DNA of 64,000 nucleotides. It comes from Eledone cirrhosa. Taxonomy: Eukaryota. This document shows, in pieces, positions 26,570 through 39,409 of the stretch. The stretch is taken from positions 196,788,001 to 196,852,000 of the forward strand of contig OZ024741.1 of the NCBI GenBank assembly GCA_964016885.1. Reading direction: 5' to 3'. Position numbers and translations under genes: made by a program. The notes beneath the pieces were generated by a model. The model had not been told where the DNA came from, did not search any database, and saw nothing but the letters and a program-made list of their open reading frames with translations. Numbering within the stretch: position 1 is the stretch's first letter; each line of letters opens with the position of its first letter.

Positions 26570-27680
26570 TCATCTCCAACACTGCATTTGGCAAGTCATG
26601 ACAGTCCTTTGTCATTTCTGTTATGAGGTTCAGCTCATTCCCTGCCAATCTGAGTCTACAACTTTCCACAAATTCCATCCACTTCTTTATACAGCTGTCA
26701 TCTTCCACAGCCACCACATATCCACATCATTCTTCTTATACCTAGTTTTTCTCTTTGCTCATGCTTTTGTTATTTATACACACAAATATTACACAGCTAG
26801 TGGAGTATGTTTACTTCATTTTTTTTCTAGTCTTCAGAAATCATTTTACATTCAAAGCCCATATCTTACTGTCATTCAGCATTGCATTTTGCACACAGGT
26901 ATTATAGTCTTCCCATCACTCTTAAAAGAGATGCCTCTTGTTGCCAGCAAAGACAATAGCTCACTGAACCTTTTCCAACCCATTCTTACTCTAGCTACTA
27001 TGCTTTCAGAACACTCACCACTACTATGTAATGAAAGTTATCAACTTCTAGAAGCATTTGAGAGAATTTATTACGCATGATCTTAGTGCATGCTGCTCCT
27101 GTGCATTTGCTGTACATAAAGCCTACCTGTCATTTCACATCTCATGTGTACATAGTTTTCACTGAACATGCCATTTCGAATTTCTACATATGCCTTTTCT
27201 GATTACCAAGCAAGATCCTTTCCCTGATGGTATCCTGTCTTCTTTCCTACTTATTAAATTTGTAGTCTGTGCTAAAATTACTTTCAGGTTTTTCAATTCC
27301 AGATTGGAATTTCATTTAACTATAAGGAATAGGTCATCAGCATATAGGAATTCTCTTAGACAGTTTTAAAGTATTCTTTTATGCTCTGAAAGACAATGAT
27401 AAACAGAAAAGGGCTAGACCAGCTCTGCCAGCCTTCAAAATTTATTGCTGCAGTCATTATCAACTCTCACTTTGTTTCTTGCACCTATGTCCATGGTTTG
27501 TACAGCTCTTACAAACCCTTTGTCTATACCCGATTTCCTTAATGATCACTAAATTATAGAGTAAAGATCCTTTTAAAATATTTCTCTAGGTCTATGATTG
27601 CTAAATATAGAGGCTTGAGCTAAATATTTCTTCTGCAGTTGTTTCTTAGAAAATGCATCTCATCTAGGTTAATCCTGTTT
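26570..27680 (-). mobile_element. Old RTE LINE fragment (RT to 3' end)
   Basis: Reverse complement shows LLYADDL and DLEK remnants plus the same 3' region as other RTE copies. Confidence 0.65.
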
Positions 27681-30600
27681 CAAACTAGCCTAGAAATTTG
27701 AAGTTTTAATGTAATGCTTTTTTTATGATTTAATCTGTTTTATAGCTTCAAGTTTCATAAATGTTTGTTTACTTCTAGCCACTCACATGTTCGGAGTAGT
27801 AGAAAGCAAGAAATCAAATAAGAGAAATTTGTATAGAGATTCATAGAATAGAAGAGGGAAGAAAAGACAGCAAGTGAGAGAAAGGGTAAAAGTGAGAGCA
27901 ATAAAACACAAGTCAGAAGTAAGACTTCAACTTTACATAAGATTGAAAGAAAAAGAATTAGTAAGTCAGAGAAAACAGTTGCTGCGTGTGATGTGTAGGG
28001 GGTATTTATGTATTAAAATTTTCAAATCATAAAAATGTGTTCGGAATATTTTCAAGGGAATGCATAAATAACACTAATAACGATGTACTAAAAAAAAAAG
28101 AAACTTTCATTGTAAAATAATTACTAGAGATATTTTAGCACTTTATTTATGTAGAATTTGAAGTTGGTGAGAGTCGGAAAAATATTGACCTCAAATATAA
28201 GCCGGACCCCCCCCCCCCCCCATTTTACTATTGATTTTTTTTTGTCCTATATTCCATGGCTTATATTCGAGTATATACAGTAATTGAAAACAATTCAAGG
28301 TAAAACTAAAAATAACAAAGGAAAAATAGAAAAAAAGGACCAACGTTTATATTTCATCAAATACAGCAATATTAAAAAAAAAACTGCAAGAATATGGACA
28401 CCGAATCCTTTATAAGAAGATAAAAAAACAAAGATATAGGCATGTCCACAGTTCTCGTTTCTGAAATATTTCATGGCAAGATTTCTTTTGTTTTTTAGTT
28501 GACAGGAGCATCTACATAGATTTATTTCATAAATAAAATTTCAAATAGTGCAACAAAAAGACTAAAAGACATAATATAGTGAACTGGCAACAAGGATTAG
28601 AGAAGATAAGAGAGAGAAGATAAGAGAGAGAAGAAAAGAATAAGATTTTGCAAGATTGGGCGATAATAGTGCAAAGTTTAAATTTTATTTTAAAAAGTCA
28701 TAGAAGCAACAAAAATATAACAGCTGTAACTGAAGATTTATAATTTTATGCATTTTTTTTTACAATTAATTTGTTAATTGTATAGAACAAGATTTAATTA
28801 ATAGTGGTATTTGTGTCCAAAATTGCAATAAAGTTGTCTAATAACAACTGGAAAGTTTTAAACATGTAAATTCCACCCCCCATTTTAAGTGCTACAAGTT
28901 TAAGATAATATTCAGTTGAGTGAAAAAGTTAGCTACATATGAATTGAAAACTCAAGACCTATTTTCATTTATATTTTAAAGAGAATGTTGCTTAATATTT
29001 TGCTGTGTGAGATTCTAACTTAAACATGAACAAAAAGTCATTTTGTGAGGAGGAAAAGAAAAATGATTGAACTCCAAAAATAAATGTTCGAAATCGAAAT
29101 AAAATTAATTTGATTTTCTTTGGAGTTTTTAAAAATCCACTTGTTTTATTTCTTATAAAGAAGAAGAATGAAATTTTCTAGAAGTAAAACTTTCATTTAA
29201 TTATCTATGAAAAACAAAACAAAACAGGATGTTTAAATTATGTAAACATTATGTTTGAACAAAATAAACTGTAAACCACCAAAGCAAATAATACAGCTTG
29301 TAAAAATACACCCACCCAAATAGGGACCTTTTCAGATCATTTCATATATCTTTTCCCAATCTACAAATCAACCAAACTTATTTTGCAGTCTTAAGAAATT
29401 TGAAGTTAGAGAGACAAGCCCAACAGTCCTATTTATCTTAAAATAACAGTATTTTGCAATTAAAATAATTTTGTAGCAAGAATTTCTTCAGGTTTGCAAT
29501 AATTCCCCAACACCCAGATTATTGATCCTATTAGGATCAGATTCCAGAATAAAGTCCTCAATGACACTACAAATTATAATTTCTTCAGATCCATAGTATT
29601 CTCAACCAAATTTTATTTTTACAATTTTAGCATATTATAATTGTCCCTCCCAATTTTGGTCCAATTTAACATAAAACTCTTCTCTTTCAATTTTAGTCAA
29701 GAGTATTCATATATTCTCACCCAAATTACAACTTTGTTATGCTTAATATGTACATCTGCTTTCCCCCTCCCAAGTTTGACTAAAATTAACCCAAGCCTTA
29801 TCAACAGAGCAGTTTATGTCCTATTCTGCATAAACAAAACACTTTCAAAGTTGTCGTATAAACAATCCATTATATCTATAACTCCAAGATGTAGTGATTT
29901 TAATACTGATTTCTTAAGTTGGCATGAATGCAAAAGTCAAAAGTGACATCAGCTCTGTCATTGTAACTACAATGTGTTAAAATCATTTAATCTGCAGATA
30001 ATACTGACTTATTTTTCACTTTGTTTTGAGGATTTTGGTCAATAGAATTGTACTTATTCTATGTGAGCATAGGGATGAAAAGCAAATAAAATATTGTAAG
30101 TATTTCGTCTGATATTCAGTTCATGTCAGCTAAGAATATTGATTTCTAATTTAGGCACAAGACAATCAAATTTGGGGGAAGGGCAAAATTGATTAACTCA
30201 ATCCCAGTACTTGACTGGTACTTTATTTATTGACCCTGGAAAGATGAAAGACAAAGTTGACCTTGGTGGGATTTGAACACTGGATATAAAGAGTCAGAAC
30301 AAACACCGCAATGGCATTTTATCCAATACTCTATCAATTCTGCCAATCCATTACCATTTGTCAGCTAATAATATTAAAATAAATTATTATATATAACAAT
30401 TAATATATTGTGAAAAGATTGTCTTTAGCCTGGTGTACCTAAACATCTTGAAATTTTGATTACATTCAAACAATCTCTTGATGCAAGAGAAAAAGCGTCC
30501 CAATCAAATAGATTTTCCAAATACTGGAGTTAAAATTGATAAGGCATTCAATTTATTTAGTTTTAGAATTAAAAAATAATCAATCATTATTATTATTACC

Positions 30601-30728
30601 ATTTTATTATTTACACCTAGTTAAACTACATATCACCAGGTAACTATATATATATACATAGTGTATGTGATTCAGTGAATTACTGGTGGTGGTACCAAAA
30701 TAAGTACTCAATGCACAGGCAGAGTATA

Positions 30729-30975
30729 TATATATTAAGAAAAACGATGAAGTTTCGTTTATATGTAGTTAGTTTTTTTTATTGTGTATCGACCTATTTC
30801 GTGCGTTTCGCAGAGGATTCGCTCAGGGTTACCCATAGAAATTATGGACTCGACTCGCAGATCGATACGGGAGTCGGGTCCATAACTTCTATGGGTGACA
30901 CTGAGCGAAACAGGTTAATAAACAAAAGACTAACTACATGTAAACGAAACTTCACCGTTTTTCTTTATATATATA
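30729..30975. repeat. About 250-bp imperfect palindrome in (TA)n
   Basis: aagaaaaacgatgaagtttcgtttatatgtagttagt pairs with actaactacatgtaaacgaaacttcaccgtttttctt; cgctcagggttacccatagaaattatggactcgactc pairs with gagtcgggtccataacttctatgggtgacactgagcg; centre atcgat. Confidence 0.85.
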
Positions 30976-33173
30976 TCAGATAAGTTGAGAAAACAACTAT
31001 GTAGAGCATCTAGAGTTAATTCGATGGGTACAATCCAATCACTTTGTGGTTATAATTTTTACGGAGCATATATACAAAACTGTAAACAACCAAGACTTAA
31101 TTATACATTAAATTGTTCGACAAATGTTTCGCCATGCTGCGTAAGGACGCGCAATACGTTCCTGTAAACTGGTTCGCCAGAGTTTATAAAAAAAAAAATT
31201 AAATTAACGAGACATTACCTTCCGTTGTGCCTACTAGTGGTTAGTACCGACCGATGCAAATATATCATATAGACCTAGTTAAGACCATATGTTAAAGTGA
31301 GATAACCATGCCTAATTGAGGGGCGATAACTATATCTAAATCAAATTAATATTTTAACTTTATTATTCTTGTAATCCAATTTAACAATCATCATCATTAA
31401 CAGAAATTAATCAAAATCCAATCTAGAATCTATTTTACTGAAATATGCTTAATTTCAAATATAGTGAAACAGTTGAAAATAACATGAATAAAATATTTTA
31501 CGAATTTTCTTTTTACATATAGAAATAAGTTTAATTATCATCCAAGATTTCAATAAAGTTGTTTGAAGAACAGATTGTAATAAAGAAAGCTTTATTTGAG
31601 CAAAGACTTTCATCTATGTTAAGAATACCGTAACTGTTTCAGACAAAATTAGGTCTCATCATGCTGAAGTCTACACTGAAACTAATAGTTTCAAGACTGA
31701 GAACTCATCTAAAATATCTATTTGAATGATATTGTTTTCAATTTCAATGAGAGGAAAAAATGCCCAGATTGAAAAATTGAATAAATATTTAAAGTTCTAA
31801 TTAACAAAATATTAATTAGATGATTGAAAACCTAAGGCACGGGACACTGACAATAAACAGAGCCAAAGAAGTCTATGTAACATAAAGGTTAATAGGTGAT
31901 GACAAATATAAAAAAGATACATTTTATTGGTGTTGCCATATAAATTATTCTTATATAAACTCAGATTAACAAAAAATAATCAAAGAAGGAAATCCCCCCC
32001 CCCCCCCCCCCCCCCCAACCCAACCAACCCAAAAGCATAACATTTTCTGAAATAGTGTAATTGTTTTTTTTCCTCCCCAAAATAATTTGTTGCAATTATA
32101 ATTTATTAAATGAAACTAATTTCATTTAAATGTGGATCAAAATGAAAGTTTATCAGAGGACTATTTCAGAAAGATTGTGTTTGTAATAAAAAGAAAAGTA
32201 GTATAGAGAATGTTATAATACAAAAATAAAAAGAGGAAAAATGAAACACATGCAAAATATACAACACATGTAAGAATTATCCCCTAAATGGCTACAGTTT
32301 GAAATGAATGATTATTTTAATGTAGTTGAGATAAATTCTAAGTATATATGCAAATAAATGCACTGTTTACGGATTAATATAGATGCTTACTTATATATAA
32401 TATATATTCATATATATGTATCTGAGTTAGTGTTTCCACAAACACACACATACAAATGTGGGCAAAAATAGCTCCATCTGCAACAAAGCTGCACAAAGGT
32501 CAGGAGTAGCTGTGAAAAGATACAATAAAAACTGAATATAAACAGCAGAATAGGAGATTAGTTTTTGTACACAAGCCATAATCCATACGACCTAAAAGCT
32601 ATATTATTACAATGGTAGAAAAGTCTTAGTCACACATGGTACAGTATTTTAATACCTGCTATGCATGCGTTCTTTCCATGATTAATATCAAAACTTTTGC
32701 TCTAAATAAAATTTATTGAGTAGAATGAGAAATAATCTGGAAATTGCAGTTGGAATCATCTTTGACAATGAAATTCAAATTTGCTATTTGTTCTTAGCAG
32801 TAGTAAATCAGAAATTGGCCCATTGGATATCACTCTGAGATCCAAATATTTGTTGAAGCTACAAATATATGTGTAGAAAAATAACTAACTCACACACACA
32901 TTTATGCAAATTTTGTTAAATATATGTTTTAACAACTTAAAAGCAACTGAAAAGGATTAACAATAATACCTTGATAACTTATAATAAAATAAACAGATAT
33001 CACAGACTAAGAGAGTAAGTCTGCAATTAGTTGAAAGACCAGTCAAATGCTGGTGCTGGTCATGTTAGTGGCTGTGTGTAGAAAATATATGTAACAGTTG
33101 CTGAGTGAACTAAATAGAGGAGCATATTTCTTCAGTTTTGCTACAAAGCTTGTTGATTCTGTTACATGTTGCT

Positions 33174-33299
33174 TCAGACGACACTCCATTCGAGAATAGC
33201 CATGTCTTTCCCACCAACTGAGATCAAACGAGAATCATCATGCAAGAAAGCAACATTGGTTACATGACTGCTATGCCCTCCATAAGTATGTGCTTTAGC
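33174..33299 (-). CDS. EML1: EML terminal coding exon
   Basis: AKAHTYGGHSSHVTNVAFLHDDSRLISVGGKDMAILEWSVV-stop(TGA); ends right after the last WD repeat as EML1/EML2 do; exact vertebrate orthologue not resolvable. Confidence 0.95.
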   Translation of the reverse strand, partial: AKAHTYGGHSSHVTNVAFLHDDSRLISVGGKDMAILEWSVV

Positions 33300-33497
33300 C
33301 TGAAGAAGACAAAATATATATATATAACAAAGTTAAATGAATTTTGTTAATATTGACTTTTACATTGGTAAATATTTGAAAAGGAGAATAGAAATTGGGT
33401 GCCATGGACTCTTAAATTATGGTAGAATTGTAGGGGCACCATAGTAGTATATGGTTTGTCTTGTGCAGTCCATCCCTCTCCAGGTCTGAACACAGCC

Positions 33498-33500
<3 letters not shown>

Positions 33501-33585
<85 letters not shown>
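33501..33585. repeat. (GA)n microsatellite
   Basis: About 42 perfect GA units. Confidence 0.98.
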
Positions 33586-33587
<2 letters not shown>

Positions 33588-33877
33588 CAGTGGACTGGGC
33601 TGATACTTAATTTATCAACCTAGAAAATACTGAAACAAGAATAAGCTATAGTTTATAAGCTTTTTTGTATGTTTATTAACAGTCTGCAACAGCATTGAGG
33701 GTACTAATGAAACTTGTTAAAAAAATTTAACACAGCCCCTGATGTTGCATGATATGCCTAAAACCAAAGGGTCTTTCAAAAGCACAATTCTGGTGAAGGT
33801 AGGATCAAGAAATGATACAATATTTTGACTATTTGCTAGAAAAATAAGGTAAAAGAAAAGAAAATTCAGATTTATTT

Positions 33878-35360
33878 TCAATCATCATTATCAGAGTCCT
33901 CGCTAATCCTTTCCTCGTCATCAGAGGAGCCACTAGAACCCATATCTTCATCTGAATCATCTCCATTTTCATCGTCGGCATCTTCCATAGACCTGATGTG
34001 TTCCCATAATTTTCTCAAATTCCTATTTGCTTTATCAATGCACCCTTGAACAGTATTTGCTTCCAGATGATTAAAAGCACCTTTCAAACATTGAAGATCA
34101 TCTTTGAATGTAGTGTTGGTGGTGTACTGCCTACCAACCTCTCCTTTCACAACAGCCCACATAGTCTCAATTGGATGCAAATCAGAGTAAGGAGGTGGTG
34201 AAAATATTACTTCATGTCCTTCATCTTGAGCCATTCTTGCAGCAACAGGAATTACATTGGCTTGAATATATGGATGCAGTTTGTTCCATATTATAGCCTT
34301 TGTGTTGTTGCCATCAAAATCAATTCCATATTTTGTACATGCTTCTTGTAATGTTGTTTTCTTGTTCTTTCTCTTGTGTATTTTTGGGTAGCGTTTTATG
34401 GTATTTGGTGTATGGTTTTATGTGTATTTTTGGGTAGCGTTTTATGGTATTTGGTGTATGGTTTTATGTGTATTTTTGGGTAGCGTTTTATGGTATTTGG
34501 TGTATGGTTTTATGTGTATTTTTGGGTAGTGTTTTATGGTAGCCCGCACGATAAGAACATTAAATGTATTTCTCTAACTGTCTCATCCATTTGACAAAGT
34601 ATTCCATCTGTAATCTAGCCTGTTGTTCATCTGATCATTGATCTTCTACAATACTATGATTGGCTTCTATAATTGTAACAATGAAACAATATTGTTGTCC
34701 TTTGTGGTATGCAATAGTTGTAAAGTATTGCTCATCATTTGGGCCATACAATGAGTTAATGTAGCTTTCATCCACATAAACAATTCTCTGACTTTTTTTT
34801 TCATTTACATTTGTCATTCACGTGACATATTGGTCACGCATGAGAGAAATGTGTTCCCTCAGACAGTAGTTTTTACTTCCTTTCTTTCCATGTTTGATCC
34901 ATTTCATACTAGAAATCTTTGAACAGCATGCACCCTAGCATTCATTGACATTTTGTTTGAACGATCCAAAGTCATAAAACCCTTGCTTACAAAAAAAAAA
35001 TCAAGCATATCCTTTGCCACAGTTTGTGTTGTTGTTGTTACTCTTCTTACTCTAACAAACTCTTGTAATGCAGTAGTAACATATAAACAGTTGGGAATTA
35101 CTATGCACTTTGATTTCCTGCAACAACCTTTGTGTTTACTGTATTCTTTCCATATGTTCTTCACAAGGGATTCTTTTTGCCGTAGCATCATTGCGGCTGT
35201 TTTGCTTATGTTTGGAGCATTGGCTTTTTGACCAGTTCCAACTTTCTTTTGCTTCTCTTCATGCTCATGTCGAAGATAGGCTTATAGTAGTGGAATATCC
35301 AAATGCTCGGCTGCACTCATGGCATGAAAAAGATTCGCTTTTACAAAGGATCTAACTGTG
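33878..35360 (-). mobile_element. Decayed IS630-Tc1-mariner transposase, probably DD82E/Sailor type
   Basis: IVYVDESYIN, HKGQQYCFI, YFVKWM, KYHKTLPKNT, FSPPPYSDLHPIETMWAVVKGEVGRQY in successive broken frames; acidic tail; TIRs not identified. Confidence 0.72.
34375..34541. repeat. 46-bp tandem repeat (about 3.6 copies) inside the transposase relic
   Basis: tgtgtatttttgggtagcgttttatggtatttggtgtatggtttta starting at 34375, 34421, 34467, 34513. Confidence 0.92.
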
Positions 35361-35525
35361 TCCAATATCTCTTTATCAGAAATATGTTAGTACTACTACT
35401 AATTAATCCTAGCCAACAAATAATATCTTCTTAATGTCAGACTATTTTATACAGAAAAAAAAATACAAATAATCATTTCATAATATATCAATTCAATTTT
35501 AAAAAGAAATGGAAATGAAACTCAC

Positions 35526-35659
35526 TGAAGGCTGGCTACAGGGATACTTATACAGGTTGACCTTGCCAAAATCATCAGCGGAAGCTACCAATTGCTTTGT
35601 ACCATTGGATCGACAGCATGCATTGATGTCAGTGCCATCAGCACCTTCAGGCCAGATAC
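35526..35659 (-). CDS. EML1: EML exon
   Basis: (G)IWPEGADGTDINACCRSNGTKQLVASADDFGKVNLYKYPCSQPS; 134 nt. Confidence 0.95.
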
Positions 35660-35929
35660 CTAGAATGAAATATTTACATTATATGACATTTACTATTGAC
35701 CATTAACTACACACACACACACATATTGACTACAAGCATGCACTATATGTAAATGAACTTGAACAGATGTTTTATATGCTATAGCTTATTCTTGTTTCAA
35801 TATTGAGTAAATATCACTGATGATTGATAAAAAAATCCTGAAATCCTAGTGGCTGATGTTCTCACATGACTATTGAGAGAGCTATGACATGATCACAGCT
35901 TAAAACAGTCATAGCAAGACATATATGTT

Positions 35930-37328
35930 TATTATATATTGTATACGTCTTCATATACACCCTTGATATATATTGTATATCTTTATATACACTTCTATTA
36001 ATTTATTGTATATGTCTTCATATACACCTCTATCAATATATTGTATTTGTCTTCATATACACCTCTGATATATATTGTATGTCTTTATATACACCTCTAT
36101 TAATGTATTGTTTATGTCTTCATTTATTGTGAAGGCGCATAACTTAATTGGATTCACAATTGTAAGGTGGCGAGTTCAATTCCTGGACTGGGTGATATGT
36201 TATATCATTGAACAAGACACTTTATTTCACATTGCTTTCTGCCAGGAGTTGCAACCAGTAGATTATATCAGCAATGGAAAGACCAACAGAAACATTGTTT
36301 CCTTGGTCTGATTTGATGAGTTCCACCCCATTCAGTAAACAAATGAGGTTTGGGATCTTATCAATCGATTGATTTGTCTTCATACACACCTCTATTAATA
36401 TTGTAAGTGTCTTCATATACACCTGTTATATATTGTAAATGTCTTCATATACACCTGTTATATATTGTGTCTTTATATACACCTGTTATATATTGTAAAT
36501 ATCTTCATATACACCTGTTATATATTGTCTTTATATACACCTGTTATATATTGTAAGTGTCTTCATATACACCTGTTATATATTGTAAATGTCTTCATAT
36601 ACACCTGTTATATATTGTATATGTCTTCATATACACCTCTGTTATATATTGTAAGTGTCTTCATATACACCTGTTATATATTTAAATGTCTTCATATACA
36701 CCTCTGTTATATATTGTAAATGTCTTCATATACACCTCTGTTATATATTGTAAATGTCTTCATATACACCTCTGTTATATATTGTAAGTGTCTTTATATA
36801 CACCTCTGTTATATATTGTGAATGTCTTCATATACACCTCTGTTATATATTGTAAGTGTCTTTATATACACCTCTGTTATATATTGTAAGTGTCTTCATA
36901 TACACCTCTGTTATATATTGTAAGTGTCTTCATATACACCTGTTATATATATTGTATATGTCTTCATATACACCTCTGTTATATATTATAAGTGTCTTTA
37001 TATACACCTCTGTTATATATTGTAAGTGTCTTCATATACACCTCTGTTATATATTGTAAGTGTCTTCATATACACCTGTTATATATATTGTATATGTCTT
37101 CATATACACCTCTGTTATATATTGTAAGTGTCTTTATATACACCTCTGTTATATATTGTAAGTGTCTTTATATAGACCTCTGTTATATATTGTAAGTGTC
37201 TTTATATAGACCTCTGTTATATATTGTAAGTGTCTTTATATACACCTCTGTTATATATTGTAAGTGTCTTTATATACACCTCTGTTATATATTGTAAGTG
37301 TCTTTATATACACCTCTGTTATATATTG
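35930..37328. repeat. AT-rich minisatellite, 32-34-bp unit, interrupted by a SINE at about 36128-36370
   Basis: Unit tatattgtaagtgtcttcatatacacc(tc)tgtta; degenerate on the left, homogeneous on the right. Confidence 0.95.
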
Positions 37329-37525
37329 ACTGAGACAATTAATCCTGGTTATAACAATTTCTGACAAACATTTGCAGAGCAAATGAAATAAAATGTATTC
37401 AACTGATTGTTAAAATATCTCCACCAGGTCAACTTATTTCAGACACACTACATAAAGATAAAAATCATCATCATCATCATTTAACGTCTATCTTCCACGC
37501 TAGCATGGGTAAGTAATACCACCCA

Positions 37526-37752
37526 ATAAAGGTGGTGGATTGGCAGAATTGGTAGAGCATTAGATAAAATACTATTGTGGCATTTGTTCTGGCTCTTTAC
37601 ATTCTGATTTAAAAGCCCTGCTGAGATCAACTTTGCGTTTCATCCTTCTGGGGTTGATAAAAGGAAGTAGCAGTTAAGTACTGGGGTTAATTTAATCAAC
37701 TTTGCTCTTCCCACAAAATTTGCTGGCATTGTGCCTTAATTAGAAATCAATA
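37526..37752 (+). mobile_element. tRNA-headed SINE family A (representative); other copies at about 55-270, 2965-3335, 13240-13405(-), 16145-16295(-), 16520-16670(-), 30137-30360(-), 43176-43385, 44440-44600, 46545-46680, 48540-48715(-), 55175-55395
   Basis: A-box-like ggattggcagaattggtagagc, B-box-like gagttcaaatc in sister copies, conserved core gtcaactttgcctttcatcct...gataaaataaagtaccag. Confidence 0.8.
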
Positions 37753-37860
37753 TCAATGAAGAGTATACATTTAGATCAGAATGATTTGATTTTAATATTA
37801 GAGAATCATGGGAAATAACTGTAATGTTAACATAAAAACAAACAGAAATCAAAAGATTAC

Positions 37861-37956
37861 CGGCAAGATTGAAAGTTAAAGTACAAGTGCTAGTATGCCA
37901 TTCCAGTTCACGGATAGCATTTGGACTGATTAACTGCTTGCAAGTAGATGCTGTCC
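37861..37956 (-). CDS. EML1: EML exon
   Basis: (W)TASTCKQLISPNAIRELEWHTSTCTLTFNLA plus G; 96 nt, phase 1-1. Confidence 0.92.
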
Positions 37957-38052
37957 CTGTAAGAGAAAAGATTTTATCAACAATTGGAACGTAAGTGTAT
38001 ACACAGGCTCACATAGATGACACTCTCATTTTTACCACATACACTTAGCATA

Positions 38053-39345
38053 TACAGGGTGAGGATGATATTTGTTCGCAATTTTCAACTGCTAATTTTA
38101 TGCCAATTTTTTTTACTTCCGTTGTCACTCCTGTTTTCATAAAAACAGTGACTATATTTCCATTATTTATTTTCATGAATAATTTTGAACCTCCAAATTT
38201 GTGGAAGAGATACAGAGTTCTTCTTGGAATCCGCGCCGGGAGGACAAATAAGGAAATTTCAGACTTTCTCAGCGTCAGCAGGAGAATGGTGGAAAAGGTC
38301 AGAAAGGATTGGAAGAATCAGGATTCGACTACGAAGCAACATCAGAGATGAAAAAACATGATCGACGATCTGACGCCTACAGAACGCCCGAGTTTGTCGC
38401 TGAAGTTCAGGATAACATCAACAATGAACCTAGCAAGTCAATGCGTGCCATTGTAAGGGAGAAAGGCGTGGATGAAAAGTTCATTAGGCTGGTGGTACAT
38501 GGAGACATTTGCTACGTTTCATACAAGATGAGGAAAGGACAATTTCTGTAAAAGGCGATGCAAGAAAAGCGACTGAAACGCAAAGAAGCTGATCAACAAG
38601 TTGAAACCCCCACCGGAGCCCGACATGCTGTGGTTTTTCTCGGACGAGAAAAACTTCTGCTAAGACCAGAAGATCAACTCCCAGAACAACAGGTGGCTCG
38701 CTGTCTCATCCAAAGACGTGCCCAGAGTCATGCAGACCAAGTTTCCAGCAACAACATTGGTCTTAGGTGTTGTCAGCAGTCAAGGTGATGTCATGCCACC
38801 TCACTTCTTCCCTGAGGGCCTCAAGCTGAACACCGATGGCTACATCCGTGTTCTGAGCGAGGTAGTAAAGCCCTGGATCGACCAAGTAGCTGCAGGTAGG
38901 CCATACGTGTGGCAGCAAGACTCAGCGCCCTGCCATACCAGCCGAAAGACCCAAGCCTGGCTGTCAGAGAACTTCGTCGACCACACTTCACCTGACATCT
39001 GGCCTCCCAGCTCGCCTGACTGCAACCCCCTCGACTTCTTTGTGTGGGGCGCAGTGGAACGAGACACCAACAGATCTAGCTGCAATACGAAAGACGATCT
39101 GAAGGCCAGGATTACAAGTGCCTTTAGGGGCCTAAGTCGGAGGACAGTGATGAAGGCCTGTAGCCGGTTCCGAGGCCGCCTTGAGGCCGTCATCAAAGCT
39201 AATGGTGGGTTTATCGAGTGAGATCGAAAGAACAAGTCATGAAGACAAACTGACCCAAGTTTGATAAATATATCTTAAAAAATAAAACTACTGTGTTATT
39301 TTTTCCTAGACAGTAATCTTGCGAACAAATATCATCCACTCCCTG

Positions 39346-39347
<2 letters not shown>
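38053..39347 (+). mobile_element. Full-length but inactivated Tc1/mariner element, DD37D (maT) family
   Basis: TA-flanked near-identical 27-bp TIRs (cagggtgaggatgatatttgttcgcaa at 38055; ttgcgaacaaatatcatccactccctg ending 39345); motifs FSDEKNF, WQQDSAPCH, SPDCNPLD with 37 residues between D2 and D3; ORF broken by frameshifts and stops. Confidence 0.92.
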
Positions 39348-39377
<30 letters not shown>

Positions 39378-39409
39378 TGTATATATATACATATATATAT
39401 TTATATATT

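Noticed and set aside
26523-27080. 185-aa plus-strand ORF
   Set aside because: Antisense to a decayed RTE fragment
31634-31663. Hammerhead-like motif on the minus strand (atgatgagac...gtctgaaac) in the putative EML 3' region
   Set aside because: Core reads AUGAUGA rather than CUGAUGA, there is an extra base before GAAA, and no convincing stems I/III
36465-37195. Repetitive ORFs (YTC/HLLYI)
   Set aside because: Translations of the 32-34-bp minisatellite
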